Assembly (NCBI GenBank): GCA_045576455.1
Contig: JAZNGM010000001.1
Span: forward strand, 267,604 to 331,603
Length of the DNA: 64,000 nucleotides
DNA from: Lachnospiraceae bacterium
Lineage (GTDB): Bacteria > Bacillota > Clostridia > Lachnospirales > Lachnospiraceae
Direction: 5' to 3'
Positions 57,722 through 64,000 of this stretch are shown one piece after another. The position numbers and the translations under genes are program-made. Within the stretch, counting starts at the first letter, position 1, and each line of letters opens with the position of its first letter. The notes below the pieces were generated by a model. That model was given only the letters and a program-made list of their open reading frames with translations, did not search any database and was not told where the DNA came from.

Positions 57722-58540
57722 TTACCGGATTGCAGTACCTATCTGCATTCCGCATTTTACGTTGGTTTCAATCCCTTTTTTAGTATTTTCAAAATAGAAA
57801 TCAGGAATATTAACGGTGTCTTTTTCAAGTAGCAGTACGATGGTAGAACCACCATAGAGAAACATTCCTTTTTCATTTCCTTTTTTGACGGCACCTTTTT
57901 TATGATGATTTTTTATCTTGCCAATCATCATGGCACCTACTTCTATTTGTGAAATTGTTTTGAAATTTTCAGTTTCAATTACGGTATATTCTCTGCTGTT
58001 TTGTATAAATACGGGATATTTGTTAACGGCAATCGGACGTACGGTATGTAATATTCCGTCAATGGCCCTGTTTTCCAGAATAGTACCGTTATCAATATAA
58101 TGATATCTGTGATAGTTATCTACACATAAGCGGAATATAAGACATATACCGTCTTTATAATCAGGTGCCTTTTTGCTACCCTTGATTAAATCCTTTATCC
58201 GGTAATGGCTCCGCTTGATATAGAAATCAGATTCTTCTGTAATTTTGTAGGCAGAGAGTAAACCGTCGGAAGGAGATACCAAAATATCTTTTTCAATGTT
58301 AAAAGGTCTTTCTTCTGCTTTTACTTTTCTTGTAAAGAAATCATTGAAACAATGATAGTCCTGTTTTTCGTATTGGGACATATCGATAGCATTGTTTTTA
58401 ATAAACCCTGCGATATGTATTTTAGAAATGGGAGAATCCATATAAACCCCGCCAATTTTTGAAATTGCGGGGCTTGTAAGTATTTTAAGTATTTTTCTTC
58501 CTAAAGGGGTATCGTATAAAAAATCTAGTATTCCACTCAT
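57722..58540 (-). CDS. psd: Phosphatidylserine decarboxylase proenzyme
   Basis: C-terminal self-cleavage motif FLYGGSTIVLL, FLSPSDGL-like VSPSDGLLS. 272 aa. Confidence 0.9.
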   Translation of the reverse strand: MSGILDFLYDTPLGRKILKILTSPAISKIGGVYMDSPISKIHIAGFIKNNAIDMSQYEKQDYHCFNDFFTRKVKAEERPFNIEKDILVSPSDGLLSAYKITEESDFYIKRSHYRIKDLIKGSKKAPDYKDGICLIFRLCVDNYHRYHYIDNGTILENRAIDGILHTVRPIAVNKYPVFIQNSREYTVIETENFKTISQIEVGAMMIGKIKNHHKKGAVKKGNEKGMFLYGGSTIVLLLEKDTVNIPDFYFENTKKGIETNVKCGMQIGTAIR

Positions 58541-58542
58541 AA

Positions 58543-59217
58543 TTATCTACTCTTCATCCATAATACTGCAAGAATAATCAGAAACTCAATAAGGCCGAAA
58601 CCAACCATCATCATAATCTCTTTAAATCCCGGTTTTTTGAGTCTGAATTTTACTATAAATAAAACGGCAACCAGCACTAATAATATGTAGTAAATAAAGG
58701 AAAGGCTGTCAAAAAAGTGAATCAGTAACAAGCATGCCGGGAAAATAAGTGATGCTGATGTTACCGGCAATCCATAATAGAATTTCTTACCGGTTGCTTT
58801 AGTTCCCTGGGTTTCCTCCATTGTAATATTAAAATATGCCAATCGGATTAACGCACATAAAACAAAAACGGCTCCCAGTAAAAGCACTAAGATAAACGGA
58901 AACTTACCGAGTAAACTTGTGCCAAAGAAGTGTTCGCGGCGGTATAACGCCAAACCGATACATGCCGGAAGCACACCAAATGCAACTAAATCAGAGAGCG
59001 AATCAATCTGTACGCCGAAATCCTTTTCTTTATCGCTACGGTCTTTTTTAGACCGTGCAACGGTACCGTCAAAGGCATCACACAGACCGCAGATCATTAA
59101 GAAAAGTGCACCGAAAAACGGATGACCGCCGTCACTTAATGAAAACATAATGCCTATGCATGCTGAAATCAGTGATAAATATGTCAATATAACTGTATAA
59201 TTATAAAACCCTATCAT
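58543..59217 (-). CDS. pssA: CDP-diacylglycerol--serine O-phosphatidyltransferase
   Basis: CDP-alcohol phosphatidyltransferase motif DAFDGTVAR-x-GVQIDSLSD. Polytopic. Confidence 0.9.
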   Translation of the reverse strand: MIGFYNYTVILTYLSLISACIGIMFSLSDGGHPFFGALFLMICGLCDAFDGTVARSKKDRSDKEKDFGVQIDSLSDLVAFGVLPACIGLALYRREHFFGTSLLGKFPFILVLLLGAVFVLCALIRLAYFNITMEETQGTKATGKKFYYGLPVTSASLIFPACLLLIHFFDSLSFIYYILLVLVAVLFIVKFRLKKPGFKEIMMMVGFGLIEFLIILAVLWMKSR

Positions 59218-60256
59218 TTTTTTTCTGTTTTATTCCTTTCACACCCTCATTTATATAAATCGCTAAATTGATTATAGCACAAATTATGATACAACAGTAG
59301 AATGAAATTCCTCTGCTGAAAAGTTCCAGGTTCGTCGGATCGTTAATGAATAAATCAAAGCCATCAAAGAACAGATAATCGGCAACGCCTACAGAACCGG
59401 GAATCGGCACACTGTGGGAACCAAGTACGACATAACCCTGTGTAATAAAGATATCCCACATTTTGGAAAGGATACCGCCGGTTGCCATAAATACGCATAC
59501 GGAAATCATCAACTGGGAAACTCTTTGCAAAATATTAAATATCAAAGCTGTCAGTAACGCTTTTTTATGATTCTTAATGGCGGCAGCGCATTCCTTATAT
59601 TGTTTTTCAACTTGGATAAGGTGCTCCTGTTTCTTTGCCCCGTTACGCATTAAGTGAAGTTTGGTTAATACCTTTATACCACCCGAAGCTATTTTTATGA
59701 CTATTTTTTCTTTGTATACCAACAAAATAAAGATGGATATTAAAACAAATTGAAATAAAAAGCCAATAAAAATTAATATCTTTGAAAACGGTGTAAAATG
59801 TATTAACAGCTCCGGTTTCGTTAAAAAGCATATCACACCAATAATAATAATAGATATGGTATATAGTGTCAAATTAACGAGTAATATAATAGTTGTGGTT
59901 GCCCCCGGTATTTTATCCTTCATCATAAGATATGCGGCGGCAGGCTGACCACCGGTCGCCGAAGGAGTGATGGCGGAAAAACAAATATCAGATGAAGCAT
60001 AACCGATGGACCTTGTGAATCTGATTTTGTAACCGAAAGCGTGGCATAATACCCTGATGGCGAGGCCTTCAAATAAAATAAAGCCAAACATGCCGGCAAA
60101 CGCCAGGAGAACCCATTTTAAAGAGGAATTTTTAATAAATGCTATAAATTCCTTAAAGGTAAAGGTATCGTTCTGCTTAATAATTATATATATCGTTATA
60201 ATTACCAGTAACACAAACAGTGCAATCCACAGTAATTTTTTGTTGTTTTCTTTCAT
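59201..60256 (-). CDS. UPF0104 / lysyl-PG-synthase-TM-like (flippase-like) membrane protein
   Basis: 351 aa, ~8 TM, basic N-terminus MKENNKKLLW. Assigned from architecture and lipid-operon context only. Confidence 0.5.
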   Translation of the reverse strand: MKENNKKLLWIALFVLLVIITIYIIIKQNDTFTFKEFIAFIKNSSLKWVLLAFAGMFGFILFEGLAIRVLCHAFGYKIRFTRSIGYASSDICFSAITPSATGGQPAAAYLMMKDKIPGATTTIILLVNLTLYTISIIIIGVICFLTKPELLIHFTPFSKILIFIGFLFQFVLISIFILLVYKEKIVIKIASGGIKVLTKLHLMRNGAKKQEHLIQVEKQYKECAAAIKNHKKALLTALIFNILQRVSQLMISVCVFMATGGILSKMWDIFITQGYVVLGSHSVPIPGSVGVADYLFFDGFDLFINDPTNLELFSRGISFYCCIIICAIINLAIYINEGVKGIKQKKNDRVL

Positions 60257-60259
60257 GTG

Positions 60260-60910
60260 TCACCCATTTATACTTAATAGACTGTATATTTTCAAATATT
60301 TGCACTTCTTTACAAGGAAGAGACTGATCTCGACTACCGCTATGCCACCTAAAATGTCAACCAGGACATGTTGTTTTACAAGCACGGTGGAGGCAAATAC
60401 CAAAAGTGCAAAAATCAGCATAAAAGCCTTATATTTATGGCCTACCTTTTTGCAACGCATGGCACCTCTGAAACACATCCAACTTTCCAGACAATGGATA
60501 GAAGGAAAAAGATTGTCCGGTTGGTCTGCAAAATAAATCAAACGTGTCAACCATTCAAAAAAACCGTTACCGCTAATTTCTGCCCGGACCATTGTGGTAG
60601 GTATGGCAATATAGCAGACAAGGCATAATAGCTTGGCGAGTTGTTCCGCCGACATTATTTCATAACACACTTCCTTACTTTCCCTTGCGATTACGACAAA
60701 GCCGATTACCCAGGCAATATAAGAGAGGACGTAGAATATAATCATCGGTGCCACAAACGGTATTTTTTGGTCCGGTAAAATACTAAAATTATAGTGATAC
60801 ATATTGGTAGTAATAAACCGGTTTCCTGAGTATACTAAAATATTCAACAAGACAGATGCGATAAGAGGTATCCACGCATATCTTGGAAGGATTTTTGTCA
60901 ATCTGTTCAT
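60260..60910 (-). CDS. PAP2-superfamily membrane protein (PAP2_C / sphingomyelin-synthase-like)
   Basis: FPSIHCLES (PSGH-like) and STVLVKQHVLVD (S-x6-H-x3-D). ATG at 60910 (MNRLTKILP, GGTGG RBS) is preferred over the 61060 start of the listed ORF. Confidence 0.55.
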   Translation of the reverse strand: MNRLTKILPRYAWIPLIASVLLNILVYSGNRFITTNMYHYNFSILPDQKIPFVAPMIIFYVLSYIAWVIGFVVIARESKEVCYEIMSAEQLAKLLCLVCYIAIPTTMVRAEISGNGFFEWLTRLIYFADQPDNLFPSIHCLESWMCFRGAMRCKKVGHKYKAFMLIFALLVFASTVLVKQHVLVDILGGIAVVEISLFLVKKCKYLKIYSLLSING

Positions 60911-61067
60911 AATTCCACCATTACACAATAATACGTCCATTATATAATATTTTTCACAAAAAGAATATAGCAAAAATTCATAATATTTTATGAAGATAAG
61001 AAAAAAGACAAAATTCCTTGTAAAATAGGAATTTTGCCTTTTAAAACTCTTCAAAATCAAGTGGTTT

Positions 61068-62264
61068 TTATAATAACTTGTTCAATCTGTCAATAGCTTC
61101 CAGTGTATTTTCACGGCTTCCGAAGGAAGTGAGTCTGAAATAGTAAGTACCGTTGGTTCCGAATCCGGCACCCGGTGTTCCTACTACCTGGATTTCATTC
61201 AACAGGTAATCAAAGAACTCCCAGGATTCCATATTGTTAGGGCACTCAAGCCAGATATACGGAGAATTGATGCCGCCATAAAAGTTAATACCTTTTGCTT
61301 TTAAGCATTCGCCTAAGAGACGGGCATTTTCCTGATAGTAAGCAATGTTTTTCTTACATTCTGCCATACCTTCCTCAGAGAAAACAGCTGCAGCACCACT
61401 CTGTACAATATAGGATACGCCGTTGAATTTAGTGGATTGACGACGGTTCCACATGGAATTTAAGTTCATAACGGTACCGTTTGAAGTACTAAATTCAAGT
61501 TCGGCAGGAACAATGGTATATCCGCATCTTGTTCCCGTAAATCCTGCTGTCTTTGAAAGAGAGCAGAACTCAATGGCACATTTACGGGCTCCTTCAATGG
61601 CAAAAATACTTCTTGGAAGTTCAGGGTCTGTAATGAAGCATTCATATGCAGAATCATATAAAATGATTGCTTCATTTTCAAGTGCATAATCAACCCACTC
61701 TTTTAACTGCTGTTTATTATAGGCTGCACCGGTAGGATTATTTGGGGAGCAGATATAAATAATATCTACTTTCTTGGATTTGTCCGGCATCGGAAGGAAA
61801 TTATTTTCCTTGGTAGCATGAATATATTCGATTTTTCTGCCGTTCATCGTATTGGTATCTACATAAACAGGATAAACCGGATCAGGAATAAGTACCACAT
61901 TATCCTGTGCGAAGAGGTCGGTTATATTACCGGTATCGCTTTTGGCACCATCAGATATAAAGATTTCTTTTGCGTCGATCGTAACGCCGTTACGGTTATA
62001 GTAATCTACAATCGCGTCTCTTAAAAAAGCATAGCCTTGTTCCGGACCATAACCTTTAAAGGTATTCTGGTTTTCCATGGCGTCTACTCCTTCGTGGAGA
62101 CCCTTGATTACGTTAGTTCCGAGTGGGAGGGTTACATCTCCGATTCCGAGTCTGATTATTTTCTTATCAGGATTTGCCTGTGCATAAGCATTTACTCTCT
62201 GTGCAATCTCGCTGAACAGATAGTTAGCTTTCAGGTTAAGATAGTTTTCATTCAATTTTGGCAT
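61068..62264 (-). CDS. dapL: LL-diaminopimelate aminotransferase
   Basis: N-terminus LNENYLNLKANYLFSEIAQRVNAY, IRLGIGDVT, PLP-lysine region SLSKTAGFTG. 398 aa. Confidence 0.88.
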   Translation of the reverse strand: MPKLNENYLNLKANYLFSEIAQRVNAYAQANPDKKIIRLGIGDVTLPLGTNVIKGLHEGVDAMENQNTFKGYGPEQGYAFLRDAIVDYYNRNGVTIDAKEIFISDGAKSDTGNITDLFAQDNVVLIPDPVYPVYVDTNTMNGRKIEYIHATKENNFLPMPDKSKKVDIIYICSPNNPTGAAYNKQQLKEWVDYALENEAIILYDSAYECFITDPELPRSIFAIEGARKCAIEFCSLSKTAGFTGTRCGYTIVPAELEFSTSNGTVMNLNSMWNRRQSTKFNGVSYIVQSGAAAVFSEEGMAECKKNIAYYQENARLLGECLKAKGINFYGGINSPYIWLECPNNMESWEFFDYLLNEIQVVGTPGAGFGTNGTYYFRLTSFGSRENTLEAIDRLNKLL

Positions 62265-62301
62265 ACATTATACCTTCTTTCTAGTAGTTCTATATAGGAA
62301 C

Positions 62302-62330
62302 ACTGTACCTAAGTTAAAAGGCTTTGTCAA
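62302..62330 (-). promoter_or_regulatory. Candidate sigma-A promoter for dapL
   Basis: On the minus strand: -35 ttgaca (62330-62325), 17-nt spacer, -10 tacagt (62307-62302). Confidence 0.4.
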
Positions 62331-62392
62331 CACAATAATATACAAAAAGCCCTCCTTGATTTTGTTAAAAAGAGAGAAAATATAGAAATGAT

Positions 62393-62421
62393 TTGAAAGT
62401 ATGTTGGTAGGGTGCTACAAT
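62393..62421 (+). promoter_or_regulatory. Candidate sigma-A promoter for the TetR gene
   Basis: -35 ttgaaa (62393-62398), 17-nt spacer, -10 tacaat (62416-62421). Confidence 0.4.
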
Positions 62422-62465
62422 CAAGGAAACTGGGAAACTAAAAACGGTTTCCTAGTTTCCTTGAT
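62420..62465. promoter_or_regulatory. Long inverted repeat, candidate TetR operator abutting the -10
   Basis: atcaaggaaactgggaaac (62420-62438) and ggtttcctagtttccttgat (62446-62465) form 19-20-bp arms with one mismatch. It starts at the end of the -10 hexamer, 37 bp before the TetR ATG. Confidence 0.5.
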
Positions 62466-62502
62466 AAATTATGCATAAGAATATGAAGAGGAAATACCTA
62501 AT

Positions 62503-63072
62503 ATGGAAAATGTGGTAAAGATTCAGACTACAGTGTATGAAGCCGTAATTGAAGAGTTTAACTTAAAGGGACTTAAGTTCACAATGGATGACATTGCAAA
62601 ACGTATGGGGATGAGCAAGAAAACGTTATACCAGCTTTTTTCGGATAAAGAGGAATTGTTTTTAAAAACCATCCACTACGGATTTGATGTTGTTAAGCAA
62701 AGCGAATTTGAAATACTTAATAATCAAAAATTAGATGTCATCGAGAAAATACGCCGTATCATCATTGCTATGCCGGAACGATATAGAAATGTGGATTTCA
62801 GAAAACTATCCGAGCTTAGGGAACGTTATCCTAAAGTGTACCGCCAGGTGGAGGAAAGAATTGAAAATGACTGGGATGCTACCCTGGATTTACTTAAAAC
62901 AGGTATGGAACAAGGGAAGATACGAAAGATTAACCTTGTGGTTCTTAAAGCAATGATAGAAGCCAGTATAGAACATTTTCTTGAGACAACGCTTCTTATT
63001 GAAGAAAAGATATCATATGAAGAAGCTTTAAATGAAATGATAGAGATTATTATGAAAGGAATTGTGCTATGA
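62503..63072 (+). CDS. TetR/AcrR-family transcriptional regulator
   Basis: N-terminal HTH FTMDDIAKRMGMSKKTLYQLFSDKEELF. 189 aa. Confidence 0.85.
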   Translation: MENVVKIQTTVYEAVIEEFNLKGLKFTMDDIAKRMGMSKKTLYQLFSDKEELFLKTIHYGFDVVKQSEFEILNNQKLDVIEKIRRIIIAMPERYRNVDFRKLSELRERYPKVYRQVEERIENDWDATLDLLKTGMEQGKIRKINLVVLKAMIEASIEHFLETTLLIEEKISYEEALNEMIEIIMKGIVL

Positions 63073-64000
63073 GAATTTACTTAAATGACGGGTGGAAATT
63101 TACCAAGGAATTTACGCCTGATTTGTGTGAAGCGGACTACGCTAATGAAACGCTTACAGAAGTCAGGCTGCCGCACACGGTTGCTGAGACAGCGTATAAC
63201 TATTTCGATGAAACCGAATATGAGATGGTAAGCGGTTACCGCAAAGAATTCGATGCGCCTAAGGAATGGGAGGATAATCATGTGTTTATTACCTTTGAAG
63301 GTGCAGCGCATAGGGCAACAGTGTATTTAAACGGTCAGAAAGTATATACGCATAATTGCGGTTACACGGCATTTTCCTTTGAAATGAATCCTTATTTACG
63401 TTATGACGGTAAGAACGTGCTTGTGGTAGAACTGGATAGCCGTGAGAGTCTTAACCAGCCTCCGTTTGGCAATGTTATTGACTATATGACATATGGCGGA
63501 ATATACCGGGATGTTTATATGGAGATAAAACCCAAAGTATATATCAAAGATGTGGATATAAAGTGTGACAGTCTGTTGGATGTAACAAAGATTATGAATG
63601 TTGAGGTTAAGTTAAGTGAGGAAGTTGGCGGTTTTGTGATCCGCCAGAGTCTTTTGGATCAGGACGGACATTGTATCATGCATTATTCGGATATTACTTC
63701 CTTAAAAACGTCTTATGGAGTAACGGATATAGTTTTGTGGTCGCCGGATGATCCACGGATGTACATATTCAAGACAGAGTTATTAATTGACGGAGAGGTT
63801 AGGGATGTAAAACTAACTAAAAAGGGATTCCGGGAAGCGATATTTAAAGCAGACGGTTTTTATCTTAATGGAAAGAAAATGAAGCTTCGTGGTCTGAACC
63901 GGCACCAGAGTTATCCTTACGTCGGTTATGCCATGCCGGAGAGAGCGCAGCGCAGGGATGCCCGCATATTAAAAGAAGAACTTTCCGTTAACATGGTACG
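63069..64000 (+). CDS. Glycoside hydrolase family 2 (beta-galactosidase/glucuronidase-like), 3' end cut by the window edge
   Basis: Not in the ORF track because it has no stop in the window. My reading from ATG 63069: MRIYLNDGWKFTKEF...VRLPHTV...HVFITFEGAAHRATVYLNGQKVYTHNCGYTAFSFE...GGIYRDVYMEIKP...LRGLNRHQSYPYVGYAMP. ATGA overlap with the TetR stop. Confidence 0.85.
   Translation, partial: MRIYLNDGWKFTKEFTPDLCEADYANETLTEVRLPHTVAETAYNYFDETEYEMVSGYRKEFDAPKEWEDNHVFITFEGAAHRATVYLNGQKVYTHNCGYTAFSFEMNPYLRYDGKNVLVVELDSRESLNQPPFGNVIDYMTYGGIYRDVYMEIKPKVYIKDVDIKCDSLLDVTKIMNVEVKLSEEVGGFVIRQSLLDQDGHCIMHYSDITSLKTSYGVTDIVLWSPDDPRMYIFKTELLIDGEVRDVKLTKKGFREAIFKADGFYLNGKKMKLRGLNRHQSYPYVGYAMPERAQRRDARILKEELSVNMV

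Noticed and set aside
60057-60628. + strand ORFs of 159 and 86 aa
   Set aside because: They are antisense to the UPF0104 and PAP2-like genes of a tightly packed minus-strand operon.
60911-61060. N-terminal 50-aa extension of the PAP2-like ORF
   Set aside because: The extension is AT-rich with no RBS. The internal ATG at 60910 has a GGTGG RBS and yields a typical N-terminus before the first TM helix.
1-64000. Mobile elements, prophage genes, restriction-modification, toxin-antitoxin, CRISPR-Cas or other known defence systems, rRNA/tRNA genes
   Set aside because: None of the translated ORFs showed transposase, integrase, nuclease, helicase or methylase signatures. The intergenic gaps are too short and unstructured for tRNA or rRNA genes.

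Overview
Gene-dense chromosomal segment from a low-GC Gram-positive anaerobe. It looks Clostridia/Lachnospiraceae-like, but that is inferred only from gene content (LCP ligase, GH25 autolysins, Bce-type module, DapL, Csp-like subtilase). I recognised no rRNA, tRNA, CRISPR array, transposase, integrase or known defence system. About nt 550-41800 is one very large cell-wall glycopolymer locus. It encodes rmlB/rmlA/rmlC, a phospho-sugar mutase, a UDP-glucuronate 4-epimerase, a polyprenyl-phosphate hexose-1-P transferase, six GT2 proteins, a Wzm/Wzt-type ABC exporter followed by a methyltransferase/kinase-like putative chain terminator, and an LCP ligase. It also encodes GtrA, a GtrB-like GT2, several GT-C-like polytopic proteins, an ArnE/F-like small DMT pair, four divergent acyltransferase-3 genes, a membrane-anchored SGNH protein and two membrane-anchored GH25 muramidases. 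The most unusual content is an NDP-hexose 2,3-dehydratase with a Gfo/Idh/MocA reductase and an RmlD-like reductase. Together with rmlABC this gives the full enzyme logic for a dTDP-2,6-dideoxyhexose (2-deoxy-rhamnose/olivose type), apparently destined for a wall polymer. Downstream lie a proteolysis-flavoured cluster (HtrA, an N-terminally extended ClpX, a zinc-ribbon membrane protein, a Csp-like S8 protein whose catalytic Ser position may be Gly) and a hybrid histidine kinase translationally coupled to a BceRS-AB-type peptide-antibiotic module with a textbook TNACA-N4-TGTAA box. Then follow cysK, an ABC-2 exporter, a PAP2-like/UPF0104/pssA/psd lipid operon, dapL, and a TetR gene overlapping a truncated GH2 gene. 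All functional calls rest on motif recognition by eye; no searches were run.
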